A DNA stretch of 64,000 nucleotides from Candidatus Aldehydirespirator catecholifindens. GTDB taxonomy: Bacteria; Actinomycetota; Acidimicrobiia; Acidimicrobiales; Aldehydirespiratoraceae. How positions within the stretch are numbered: position 1 is the stretch's first letter; the number at the start of each line of letters is the position of its first letter. The notes beneath the pieces are model-generated. The model had not been told where the DNA came from. It saw only the letters and a program-made list of their open reading frames with translations, and did not search any database. The translations under genes were made by a program, and so were the position numbers. Below are positions 1-9,666 of the stretch, one piece after another. The stretch is from positions 2,075-66,074 of the forward strand of contig JAPYNU010000057.1 of the NCBI GenBank assembly GCA_028283245.1. The letters run 5' to 3'.

Positions 1-1557
1 AGCAACGATCTGAGCGAAGGTGGTCTCATGGCCTTGGCCTTGAGTCTTGACACCGATCTTCAAAACAGCTTTACCGGTGGGATGCACTCTCAACTCAGCA
101 GAGTCGATCATCTTCAAACCAGCAATGTCGTAGGTGTGAGCCGGGCCTGCACCAACCGCTTCGGTGAAATGCGCTATGCCGATCCCCATCAACTTGCCTT
201 GCTCGCGTGATGCTGCCTGCTCGGCACGCAACTCGTCGTAACCAGCAGCATCCAGCGCTTTGCGCAGCGCGGTCGGGTAATCACCCGAGTCGTAAACAAA
301 CCCAGTGGGTGTTTCATACGGGAACTGCTCGGGCTGGATGAAGTTGCGCATCCTAAGTTCGGCAGGGTCAATACCAAGCTCATCAGCAGCGGTCTGCATC
401 AATCGCTCAATTAAAAACGATGCTTCGGTGATACGGAATGAGCAACGGTAAGCCACCCCGCCCGGTGCCTTGTTGGTGAAGGCACCACGACATTTGATGT
501 GTGCATTACCGAAGTCGTAGCTGCCGGTGCAGACATGGAACAGCCCGGCCTTGTAACGCGTCGGTTGAGCATCAGCATAAAAAGCACCCTGATCTGAGAG
601 CATGTCCACCCGCATCGCTTGGATCCGTCCATCGTTGGAGAGAGCTAGTTCGCCGGTCATGTAATAGTCACGCCCGAAGCCTGTTGAGATCAGGTTGCCG
701 GTGCGGGTCTCCACCCATTTGACGGGCTGGCCGATCAACAGGCTGGCTGCGGTTGCCACCACATAGCCGGGATAGATCGGCACCTTGTTGCCGAAACCCC
801 CACCGATGTCAGGGCTGACAATGCGGATGTTCTGCTCGGGCAGTCCGGCCACCAGCGCAAACAGTGTGCGATGGGCGTGCGGTGCCTGCGAAGTCATATA
901 CAGCGTGGCCTGACCGGTCACAGAATTGACATCAGCCACGATCCCGCAAGTCTCAAGCGGTGAAGGATGCGAACGCGGATAGTGGGTGGTGAGCGACACC
1001 ACCCGATCAGCGTTGGCGAAAGCAGCCTCAGTGGCGGCTGCGTCACCAGTCTCCCAGGTGTAAGCCAGATTGTCGGTCTGGCCTTCCTTTTCGTTGCGGA
1101 TCAGCTCAGCCCCATCAGCCAGAGACTGTTGAGGCGTGGTGATGGCATCAAGCATTTCGTAATCGACATCAACCAGCTCAGCGGCATCGGTAGCGATGTA
1201 TGGGTCGGTAGCGACAACGGCGGCCACCTCCTGGCCCTGATAGCGGACCTTGTCGGTGGCCAGCACGGCCTGCGTGTCGCCCGAGAGGGTAGGCATCCAA
1301 GCCAGCCCGTGAGCGTCCATCAGCTCGCCCGTAACCACGGCTACGACACCGTCAACGGCAGCAGCGGCCTCAGTGTTGATGCTGTTGATGCGGGCGTGCG
1401 CCACCGGTGAGCGCACCAGAGCCATATACAGCATTCCGGGCATGGCTATGTCGTCAACGAAGTTGCCTTGGCCTTCGATCAGACGAGCATCTTCAGCACG
1501 CTTGACGCTGTGTCCGATGCCTCCAATCTCGGGAGACGTTGTGGTGGTGTCAGTCAT
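1..1557 (-). CDS. coxL: Aerobic carbon-monoxide dehydrogenase large subunit, form I (runs off window start)
   Basis: Not in the ORF track because it has no stop in the window. ATG at 1557 after GGAGG RBS; MTDTTTTSPEIGGIGHSVKRAEDARLIEGQGNFVDD...; active-site loop GGVAYRCSFRITEA (AYRCSFR at 433-453). Confidence 0.95.
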   Translation of the reverse strand, partial: MTDTTTTSPEIGGIGHSVKRAEDARLIEGQGNFVDDIAMPGMLYMALVRSPVAHARINSINTEAAAAVDGVVAVVTGELMDAHGLAWMPTLSGDTQAVLATDKVRYQGQEVAAVVATDPYIATDAAELVDVDYEMLDAITTPQQSLADGAELIRNEKEGQTDNLAYTWETGDAAATEAAFANADRVVSLTTHYPRSHPSPLETCGIVADVNSVTGQATLYMTSQAPHAHRTLFALVAGLPEQNIRIVSPDIGGGFGNKVPIYPGYVVATAASLLIGQPVKWVETRTGNLISTGFGRDYYMTGELALSNDGRIQAMRVDMLSDQGAFYADAQPTRYKAGLFHVCTGSYDFGNAHIKCRGAFTNKAPGGVAYRCSFRITEASFLIERLMQTAADELGIDPAELRMRNFIQPEQFPYETPTGFVYDSGDYPTALRKALDAAGYDELRAEQAASREQGKLMGIGIAHFTEAVGAGPAHTYDIAGLKMIDSAELRVHPTGKAVLKIGVKTQGQGHETTFAQIVA

Positions 1558-1577
1558 TTGCTATTGCCTCCTGAGTT

Positions 1578-2063
1578 TCAGGCGTCTGCGCCAGCGGCAC
1601 CGTTGCTGGCTACCGCGGCTGCGGCTTGGATTGATTTGACAATGTTCATGTAGCCGGTGCAGCGGCACAGGTTCCCAGATATGGCCCAGCGGATCTCGTC
1701 ATCTGAGGGATTCGGGTTCTCGTCAATGAGAGCAGCCCCTACGAGCATCATTGCTGGAGTGCAGAAACCGCACTGCAGGCCGTGTTCATCGCTGAACGCC
1801 TGCTGGATCGGATGCAGTCCGTCGGCGGATTTGAGGCCTTCGACGGTGGTTACATTTCGCCCATCGGCTTGCACTGCCAGCATGGTGCATGACTTGACCG
1901 GCTTGCCATCCACTAGCACAGTGCAAACCCCACAGCTAGTGGTGTCACAACCAATGTGGGTGCCGGTCAGCCTGGCATCGGTGCGTATGTGATCAACCAG
2001 CAGTTTGCGAGGCTCGACATCAGCTGTGTGATCGGTTCCGTTGATGTTGACGGTGATCTCCAT
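1578..2063 (-). CDS. coxS: CO dehydrogenase small subunit (2x[2Fe-2S])
   Basis: GCDTTSCGVCTV, QCGFCTP and GNLCRCTGY motifs; lies between coxM and coxL. Confidence 0.95.
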   Translation of the reverse strand: MEITVNINGTDHTADVEPRKLLVDHIRTDARLTGTHIGCDTTSCGVCTVLVDGKPVKSCTMLAVQADGRNVTTVEGLKSADGLHPIQQAFSDEHGLQCGFCTPAMMLVGAALIDENPNPSDDEIRWAISGNLCRCTGYMNIVKSIQAAAAVASNGAAGADA

Positions 2064-2093
2064 GATTCTTCGATTCTTCCTTCCAGATCTTGT

Positions 2094-2954
2094 TCAGCTC
2101 TGAGCCTGCTCAGCGGCTTCGGTGAGTGCTCTTCGGGTGAAAGCGGCTACGACTTGGCGCTTCCAGCGTGCTGTTCCTCTGACATCGTCACGAGGTTCCG
2201 ACGCTGCGGCTGCTGCTGCGCCAGCTTCAGCGAACAGTTCTGCGCTGGGCGCGTTGCCGACCAGCAGCGCCTCAGCATCACGGGCTTTGCAGTTGATCGG
2301 TGCAACCGAGGTCATAGCCACACCTGCAGCGCTGATCCTGCCGTCAGCACCAAGCTCCAAATGGGCGGCCACGCCTACCGTGGCGTAGTCACCAACCTTG
2401 CGCTCAAGTTTCTGATATGAGCCACCTGAAGCACCAGCAGCTGCCGGGATGCGAAGAGCGACCACCATTTCGTCGTCAGCTAGAGAGTTGGTGAAGAAGT
2501 CCACCACAAAGTCGTCAATAGCGATCATGCGCCGACCTGCCGGACCTTGAGCGATGACTTCAGCACCGGTTGCGAGCAGCACCGTGTTCCAGTCGCCTTC
2601 GGGATCGCAGTGCGCCACAGATCCACACATGGTGCCCAGGTTGCGCACCAGCGGATCGGCGATCCAAGGCGCAGCCGAGGCAACCACACCAGATACTTGG
2701 TCAGATGCGGCAACGTCGGCGTGTCGCACGAGAGCCCCAACCTCCACATGGCCGTTGTGGCGCTCAATAGTGTCAAGTCCGCTGATCCGGTTGATGTCAA
2801 CTAGATGTGTCGGGGTGGCGAAACGCAGCTTCATCATCGGCAGCAAACTCTGCCCTCCTGCTAGGAAGCGTGCTTCGTCGCCTCCTTGCGTCTTGGCAGC
2901 GACTGCTTCCTCCACAGAGGAGACAATCTGATATTCAAACCGGGCAGGTAACAC
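2094..2954 (-). CDS. coxM: CO dehydrogenase medium (FAD) subunit
   Basis: AGGQSLLPMMKLR and DPLVRNLGTMCGSVAH FAD-binding motifs; coxM-S-L order. Confidence 0.93.
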   Translation of the reverse strand: MLPARFEYQIVSSVEEAVAAKTQGGDEARFLAGGQSLLPMMKLRFATPTHLVDINRISGLDTIERHNGHVEVGALVRHADVAASDQVSGVVASAAPWIADPLVRNLGTMCGSVAHCDPEGDWNTVLLATGAEVIAQGPAGRRMIAIDDFVVDFFTNSLADDEMVVALRIPAAAGASGGSYQKLERKVGDYATVGVAAHLELGADGRISAAGVAMTSVAPINCKARDAEALLVGNAPSAELFAEAGAAAAAASEPRDDVRGTARWKRQVVAAFTRRALTEAAEQAQS

Positions 2955-3246
2955 CCTGAGACCCCCAATCGCTTAGGTGAGCGTGGGATCCCACGCTCTC
3001 AGCGACAATAGCACAATCACGACCCAAGCTGTCATATTGGCCGCGAATTTGTTTCTAAGACATCGCAGAGATGCCACGAAATCGTGCCGAGGGTTCGGCT
3101 GCGAAGATGCCTAGATGCGCCTGAACGCTCATTGTCCGCTACCCGACACAACCGTTTCAGCTGCCCGTTCAAAGGTACGCTGACGGATGTGCTCTCAGAT
3201 GCGTGCCACCGCTGATGCCCTAGGTGCCAAAAGTTACGCAGCGCTC

Positions 3247-3282
3247 CACGATCCCGACCAACGTCACGATCCCGACCAACGT
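3247..3282. repeat. Perfect 18-bp tandem duplication
   Basis: cacgatcccgaccaacgt x2, intergenic. Confidence 0.9.
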
Positions 3283-3320
3283 CTGCTTTTTAGCGAAGTT
3301 GCAAGAATGAGCAACAAGAC

Positions 3321-4064
3321 GTGAGCGTCACCGAACTGCTGTTAGTGGCTGTGGCCTCGGCTTTGGCGATGCTGGTGAAAAGCGTTACCGGGCTCGGCTA
3401 TCCGATGATAAGCATCCCGATCATCGCCAGCGTGGCAGGCGTAGAAACGGCTGTAGTGGTGGTGAGCCTCCCCAACGCGGCAGCTAACATCTTGATCGGC
3501 TGGCGCACTCGTGCGGCGCTATCAGAAACCCGAGACTTGGTGCCGTTGTCGGTTACTGCGTTGCTGGCAGCAATCGCTGGCAGTTTCGTGCTAGTCAAAG
3601 TCGCCGAGCGTCCGCTGTTGATTGTGCTAGCGGCAACGGTTCTGCTGTTCGTGGTGCGGTCGTTGTGGTTAGGCGATGTGGTGGTGGCACCTGAGCAGGG
3701 GCGGCGTGCAGCACCTTTCGTGGGTCTAGCTGCGGGTCTGATGCAGGGAGCTGTAGGCGTTTCTGGGCCTGTGATCGGTTCATGGTTTTATGCCTACCGA
3801 CTAAAGCGCGACGCCTACATATTTTCTTTGGCGGTGGTCTTCTTATGTTCAGGGTCAGCACAGATCGCGACTCTGGCGCTCATCGGAGAGTTCAGCAGTG
3901 AGCGCCTGCTCGCTTCGGCGGTGGGGTTGATACCGGTGCTGATGTTGCTACCTGTGGGTGAACGGCTACGGGCTAGGCTGTCAAGCACGCAGTTCGACAG
4001 AGCGGTGCTGGCGCTGCTAGCGACGGCGGGCGTGGTTCTGGTGGCACGGGTCATCACCGGCTAG
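3321..4064 (+). CDS. Sulfite exporter TauE/SafE family membrane protein
   Basis: 247 aa, about 8 TM helices, VKSVTGLGY and GLMQGAVGVSGP motifs typical of TauE. Confidence 0.85.
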   Translation: MSVTELLLVAVASALAMLVKSVTGLGYPMISIPIIASVAGVETAVVVVSLPNAAANILIGWRTRAALSETRDLVPLSVTALLAAIAGSFVLVKVAERPLLIVLAATVLLFVVRSLWLGDVVVAPEQGRRAAPFVGLAAGLMQGAVGVSGPVIGSWFYAYRLKRDAYIFSLAVVFLCSGSAQIATLALIGEFSSERLLASAVGLIPVLMLLPVGERLRARLSSTQFDRAVLALLATAGVVLVARVITG

Positions 4065-4150
4065 ACGAGAGGCCAGCCAGACGAAGAAGAAGCTGGCCAG
4101 ATGAATCGGGATCGTCACCGGCTGGCTGTCGATTAGCAGCGATCGGCGAC

Positions 4151-7084
4151 CTACTCGTAGGTGCCCAGATAGCTGGCTATCACCAACTCGTCTCGGCGGA
4201 TCTCGTCGGGCGAGCCCTCGGCGATCACAGAACCTGCCTCTAGACAGTAGACGCGGTCGCTTATCCCCATCAGCAAAGCCATATCGTGCTCGATGACGAC
4301 CACAGCGGCATTAAGTTCGTTCTGTAGCTGCTTGATAAGCGGAGCGAACGCTTCGGCTTCTCTCTGTGCCACACCAGCGGTGGGTTCATCAAGCAGTAAC
4401 ACTCTGGCATCGACCGCCAGCAGGCCCGACAACTCAACTATGCGTCGCGTGCCTGTGGAAAGCGTGCCCACAAAATGATCGGCGTAACGTTTCAAGCCCA
4501 TGTAATCGATGATCTCGTCGGCTTCAGCACGTTTGAGTCGCTCCTGGCGCGGCGACGGTGGCAGAGCGGTCATTGATGCCAGCAGCCGTGACGACGACCT
4601 CGCCTCGAGAGCGACCATCAGCGACTCGCGGACTGTGAGATCGGGGTAAACGCGGGCACTCTGGAAGCTGCGGCCCAGACCGTTGGCGTGGCGTTCATGC
4701 GAACTCTTGTCAGTGACATCGGCACCGAGCACGAAGATTCTTCCCTCAGCTTCAACGAAGCCGCAGACGGCGTTGAGCAACGTGGACTTGCCAGCACCGT
4801 TGGTGCCGATCAAACCCACTAGCTCACCGTGATCCACATGCATCGACACCCTGTCGACAGCAACGTTGCCTCCGAAGCGCACCGTCACTTCCTCGGTCTT
4901 CAAAGCCGCAACAGCTCCGACGGACGCGGAAACCTTTGCTGGCTGTGATCGGTTGTATGCCGACACGGGCACCGGCACCGTGCGAGTCGAGTTCGCCGCA
5001 GAATCAGCCGGGGACTGCTTCGAGGGCTTCAAGGGCTGCGAGGGCTGCGTCTCAGGCTCTTCGTAAGGCACCACGACGGACTGCGTCTGAGGCTGCGGCG
5101 GCAGCCTTCGTTCGGCGAGCGCTAAGAGCCTGTCGCGCGCGCCGTAGACCAACTGCATCAGACCACCCGGAAAATACATGAGCAGAACCAGCAGACCGAT
5201 GTTGCTGGTCAAAAGCCTCACTAGGTCATCGAGTTGATCGGGAGTCAGCTGGGGAACACCTCGGACCCACAGCGCCCCGAGGATCGGGCCTGCCACCGAG
5301 CCAAGGCCGCCGACGATCGCGGTCGCCACCACCGCAATCGATTCGCCTGCCCTGAACGTGAAGGTGGGCTGAAGCGCAGGAACCAGGGTCACGAACAAAC
5401 CGCCGGAGTATGCGGCGATGCCCCCTGCCACCCCGAAAGCTGTCAGCTTCATGCGAATCGGCGACACGGTAGACGCAGCGGCCATCTCCTCGTTGTCGCG
5501 CACCGCCATCCATGATCTCCCTATGCCGGTGCGGCGAAGCCGCGCAACCACAACAGCCACCACCGCCAGCGATAGCAGGCATAAGAAGTAATAGTTGCGC
5601 CGTGAAGCTTCGAAGTTGATGCATACGGGGCCGATGTCGAGCACCGGCTTGGAGGCGGGCTGCAAGAAGCCAGCGCCTCCGGTGAAGAAGTCCTGATCGA
5701 ACAGCCAGGCAGCCGCCGCCACCGCGAACGCAAGGGTGGTAACAGCCAGGAAAAGCCCCCGCACGCGCAGCGCGGGGAGGCCCACTATCACTGCGGCCAA
5801 CACGCCGACGGCAGTAGCTATCACCATGGCTTGAGCCCATTGCAGTTCTAGCGACAGGTCGAACAAGTCAAAAGGCACCGGGATGTCGTTGCCCTGAGTC
5901 AGCCCGATCACGGTCAAGCCGCCCAGTCCCACAAAAGCGTATTGACCCAGCGAGAGCTGGCCAGCCCAGCCGGTGAGCACCGTCATCGACATCACCACCA
6001 TCGCGAACAGCAGAATGCTGGTCCAGATAAACAGCGCGCTGCTGCTGGTGAGCGACAATCCCAGAACCACAAAAAAACCGAAGAGCGCTATGAACCCCAT
6101 GGTGTTGAGGTGGCGCACCCACCACACATACTCCAAGCGACTGGGAACGGCTTTCAGCCGCGGCGACAACGACCAAGGCTCCTGTTCGCCGTTGCTGCGA
6201 ACTACAAGCACCACCACTGCCAGCACAGCCACGAACAGGTAAACGTCGACCAGTGAACGGTTAGCTGACTCCACGTTGGCGCGGATCAGCGTCTCGGCCA
6301 GACCCACCCCAACTCCAGCAACGATCGTGGCTGGCAGCGAACGCATCCGTGCCAGAAGCGACACCACCAACACCTTCAGAAGCAGCGGCTCGGCTATTGC
6401 GGCGGTGCCTGCCTCAGCCGAGTTGATGCCCTGCAACGGTGCCAGAAAGATTGCGGTGGCGGCCGCGAAAGCCCCCGAGACGGTCCACACGATCGTTGAG
6501 GTGCGTCGGGGCGAGGTGCCGTAGACACGCGCTGTGTCGGGATTGGAGGCTGATGCCCTGACCGCCAGCCCTAAGCGAGTTCGCGCCATGAACCAGGCCA
6601 ATGCGAAGATCAAAACCGGGATCACCGCCAAGACGACCAGTTCTCGAGCTTGCAGACGAATGTGGTCGGTGGGTGTCCAAGTCACCTCGAACGCTGCGGG
6701 GATCGGTCCTGGGGTGACCACGCTGGGCAGGTTGACCTTGGCGAACAGCACTACCTGACCGACACCTATGGTGGCGATCAGCAAAACTAGACGGGGTGCA
6801 TCGAAGAGTCGGCGGATAACTACCAGTTCGATGAGCATCCCGAGCACCGCGCAGACCGCCATAGCCAGCACGAACGACAGCCACCAACCGACTCCGTAAG
6901 AGACCAGCAGCAGCACGAACACCGCCACCCCGAAAGCCCCAATCTCGCCGTGAGCGAAGTTGAGCACTCCGGTAGATCGATAGACCAGCACGAACCCAGC
7001 GGCGAAAGCGGCATAGGTGAGCCCTGTCACCAGGCCGAGCGCCACGGCCTGCTGGCTCACGGTAAGTCCCAGAAACTCGATCAC
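4151..7084 (-). CDS. Branched-chain-amino-acid-type ABC transporter, LivH-like + LivM-like permease + LivG-like ATPase fusion
   Basis: TGVLNFAHGE (LivH), GWAGQLSLGQYAF and GGLGSVAGPILGA (LivM), Walker A GTNGAGKST, Walker B LLLDEP, IEHDM. Confidence 0.9.
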   Translation of the reverse strand: MIEFLGLTVSQQAVALGLVTGLTYAAFAAGFVLVYRSTGVLNFAHGEIGAFGVAVFVLLLVSYGVGWWLSFVLAMAVCAVLGMLIELVVIRRLFDAPRLVLLIATIGVGQVVLFAKVNLPSVVTPGPIPAAFEVTWTPTDHIRLQARELVVLAVIPVLIFALAWFMARTRLGLAVRASASNPDTARVYGTSPRRTSTIVWTVSGAFAAATAIFLAPLQGINSAEAGTAAIAEPLLLKVLVVSLLARMRSLPATIVAGVGVGLAETLIRANVESANRSLVDVYLFVAVLAVVVLVVRSNGEQEPWSLSPRLKAVPSRLEYVWWVRHLNTMGFIALFGFFVVLGLSLTSSSALFIWTSILLFAMVVMSMTVLTGWAGQLSLGQYAFVGLGGLTVIGLTQGNDIPVPFDLFDLSLELQWAQAMVIATAVGVLAAVIVGLPALRVRGLFLAVTTLAFAVAAAAWLFDQDFFTGGAGFLQPASKPVLDIGPVCINFEASRRNYYFLCLLSLAVVAVVVARLRRTGIGRSWMAVRDNEEMAAASTVSPIRMKLTAFGVAGGIAAYSGGLFVTLVPALQPTFTFRAGESIAVVATAIVGGLGSVAGPILGALWVRGVPQLTPDQLDDLVRLLTSNIGLLVLLMYFPGGLMQLVYGARDRLLALAERRLPPQPQTQSVVVPYEEPETQPSQPLKPSKQSPADSAANSTRTVPVPVSAYNRSQPAKVSASVGAVAALKTEEVTVRFGGNVAVDRVSMHVDHGELVGLIGTNGAGKSTLLNAVCGFVEAEGRIFVLGADVTDKSSHERHANGLGRSFQSARVYPDLTVRESLMVALEARSSSRLLASMTALPPSPRQERLKRAEADEIIDYMGLKRYADHFVGTLSTGTRRIVELSGLLAVDARVLLLDEPTAGVAQREAEAFAPLIKQLQNELNAAVVVIEHDMALLMGISDRVYCLEAGSVIAEGSPDEIRRDELVIASYLGTYE

Positions 7085-7119
7085 AGCCGCTGCGTCCTCG
7101 AGCGCCTCGTGGTGTTCAC
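7081..7119 (-). CDS. Putative bridge mini-ORF MNTTRRSRTQRL
   Basis: GTG overlaps the upstream stop (GTGA at 7116-7119); its TGA overlaps the downstream GTG (7081-7084). Confidence 0.45.
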   Translation of the reverse strand: MNTTRRSRTQRL

Positions 7120-9488
7120 CGGTCTTCGCCTCCCAAAAGCACCGCCTGAGCTATGTCGTCCTGCTCGGCCAGCTGCTGAGCCGATCCTTCAAAATGAATC
7201 CTGCCCTTCTCTAAGAAGATCGCCCGGTCAGCGAGAGCCAGTGCCACATTGATCGACTGCTCGACTATCACCATCGTCTGACCCTCAGCACGCAGCCTTT
7301 CGATCACCTCCAGCAGTTCCTGCACCACTACCGGCGCCAGCCCTAGGCTCAGCTCGTCGATGAGCAGCACCGCAGGGTCGTGCATCAAGGCCATAGCCAG
7401 AGCGAGTTGCTGCTGCTGGCCTCCAGAAAGGTCACCCGCTTTGATGCCCGCACGATCAGCAAGCCACGGGAACAGGCTCAGAGCCCGATCGGTGCGCTCT
7501 TTGACCTCATCTTTGCCGAGTTTCGATTCCAGCAGCGAAACCTTGAGATTGTCGGTCACCGAAAGAGACTCGAAAACGCCAGCACCGCCTCTGAGATGCA
7601 CCAGCCCGGCCGCAAAACGGTCTTCGGCCGTGGCGTAGGTGATGGTGCGGCCCCCTAGACGCACCACTCCGCGGCTTGGTATGCCGAGTCCGCTGACAGC
7701 ACGCAGCAGGGTGGACTTGCCTGCGCCGTTGGCACCGAGCAACGCCAGCACCTCGCCTTTCGCCACTTCGAGCGATACGTCGAAAAGCACCTGCACGCTG
7801 CTGTAGGCGAAGTCAAGGTTGTTGACTTGCAGTGCTGGGAGCGATTCGGGATCAGCCTCTATCCGAGCTCGTTCTTGATGTTCTTCACGCAGCTCCTCAA
7901 CCGAGCGATAAATGTCATAGCGGATGAAGCGGCTGCCGTAGAAGATCAACCCGCCACCAGCCAGAGCCGCCGATGGTGCCATTACTAGCATGGCGGTGCG
8001 TTCGTTGAGGGCATCTGAAAACTGCCCCGATATCAACCCGCAGAAGAAGCCACCTACCAACAAGACGAACATCGGCAGCAGAGCGAAAGCTTGAGCACGA
8101 ATACGATAGGGCGACACTGCCGCTATCACCGCTGGAGCCGCTACCAGAGCCATGGCCGCAAGGGTCTGGGCAACCGCTGTCAGCGCTACCAGCAACCCGA
8201 TGGTCTTGATGGACAGAGCCACTGCGAAGAGCAAACCCGAAGCCATAGCGCACCAACCCGCTAGGCGCATCATCAAAGCGGGATCACTGCGGAATCGGCT
8301 ATCGAAAAGCCTTCGCGCCAGAGGCAATCCGGCCAGCGCCGCCACCCAGATGAGTGACTCGACCACACCGCGCTGAAAGGGTCCCATGGCGTATTTGTCT
8401 TCCAACAGCAGATTGAACTGGACAGGCAAAGCGACCGAAACGAAGCCCAGAATCCCTGCTCCAGTGGACACATACCAGAAAGTCTTGGATTTGCGCAATC
8501 GTGCGTAGGCCACGCCGATCGGCACAGGCAGCGTGTCCGCCTCATGGCAGTTGTCTCCAGAAACGATGGCCTTGTCGAAACGGCCGCGCGGCGGTTCACG
8601 CAGCATCACCGACGATACGACTGCGGCTACCAGAGGTGCCACCGCAACAGCGAAGAAGGCTGACCGCCACGGCTCGTCGCCGCCCATCAGCACAGCGATC
8701 CCGCCGATCATCAGCGGACCCAGCAGCCGGCCAGCACAACTTCCGATTCTTTCTAGAGCGAAGATGCGGCTGCGAGCCGGAAGCGGATAAGTGTCTGCCA
8801 GGATCGAGTTCGTCACAACAATGCGATAAGACTGACCCAGCCCGGTAGCCGCATTTGTCAAAAACAGCTGGAAAGAGGTGACAACGAGACCGCTCAAAAA
8901 CGTGGCGACACCCCAGAAAATAGAAGCAACAGGGATGATGAACGCCCGCTTGAAGCGGTCCGCGAACACAGCCATTGGGATCGCGCCGAGCGCCAAGACG
9001 ACACCGCCAAAACCGAAGATTCCCAAAAGCGCTGTGTCGCTAATATTGAGAGAGTGCTGGATGTCGGGCGCGAGCACCCGAATGGCACGGGGCAACTCGT
9101 CAATGAACGCCAGCAGTGCCATCACGAACACCGTGGCCCGGCCGCCTGCACGTAAAGACTCTCGCAAAGTCATGGGCTCAGCACCGACTCCCGGCAGCAG
9201 GTCATCGGGGAGAACAGCTTCGGGGTCGCGTTCTGCTTGCTCGGCTCGGGGGCTGAGCTCTTCGGTGAGGATCTCTTCAGCCAATTCAGCAGCCGAGCGA
9301 TCCACCGGGACCGCCCGGTTTGCGACCGCACCCTGGGAACGCTTGCGGTGCCTTTCAGGAGCCTCGTATTCAGTCGTCTCAGACTGGTCCTGTGACTCAG
9401 ACTGGTCTTGTGACTCAGACTGGTCCTGTGACATAGGCATCCCCGCTAAACTCTCAGCAGCCAAAATTGACGTATCCAGCGCCTGCAA
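7116..9488 (-). CDS. MFS transporter fused to LivF-like ABC ATPase (start may be ATG 9440 or 9434)
   Basis: About 12 TM MFS region with motif-A-like AVFADRFKR, then GANGAGKST, LSGGQQQ, LLIDELSLGLAP, VEQS. Confidence 0.88.
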   Translation of the reverse strand: MQALDTSILAAESLAGMPMSQDQSESQDQSESQDQSETTEYEAPERHRKRSQGAVANRAVPVDRSAAELAEEILTEELSPRAEQAERDPEAVLPDDLLPGVGAEPMTLRESLRAGGRATVFVMALLAFIDELPRAIRVLAPDIQHSLNISDTALLGIFGFGGVVLALGAIPMAVFADRFKRAFIIPVASIFWGVATFLSGLVVTSFQLFLTNAATGLGQSYRIVVTNSILADTYPLPARSRIFALERIGSCAGRLLGPLMIGGIAVLMGGDEPWRSAFFAVAVAPLVAAVVSSVMLREPPRGRFDKAIVSGDNCHEADTLPVPIGVAYARLRKSKTFWYVSTGAGILGFVSVALPVQFNLLLEDKYAMGPFQRGVVESLIWVAALAGLPLARRLFDSRFRSDPALMMRLAGWCAMASGLLFAVALSIKTIGLLVALTAVAQTLAAMALVAAPAVIAAVSPYRIRAQAFALLPMFVLLVGGFFCGLISGQFSDALNERTAMLVMAPSAALAGGGLIFYGSRFIRYDIYRSVEELREEHQERARIEADPESLPALQVNNLDFAYSSVQVLFDVSLEVAKGEVLALLGANGAGKSTLLRAVSGLGIPSRGVVRLGGRTITYATAEDRFAAGLVHLRGGAGVFESLSVTDNLKVSLLESKLGKDEVKERTDRALSLFPWLADRAGIKAGDLSGGQQQQLALAMALMHDPAVLLIDELSLGLAPVVVQELLEVIERLRAEGQTMVIVEQSINVALALADRAIFLEKGRIHFEGSAQQLAEQDDIAQAVLLGGEDR
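9378..9431. repeat. 18-bp x3 coding repeat (SQDQSE)
   Basis: ctcagactggtc(c/t)tgtga x3 in the N-terminal tail of the MFS-ABC fusion. Confidence 0.9.
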
Positions 9489-9666
9489 CAGTAGTCGCCA
9501 TGACCAGGGCGACAGAACGCCCGTTCACCGCAACGCAGAGGCGATGCAGACGCTGCGAGACCGATCCAGAAACTGCTGTGCAACCCCTTATATGATGGCA
9601 GTCGTCATAAACGCTTGATCATTCAGGGTCATCTTTGAGACCGCAGACGCTAAAGAGAGAACAGCA

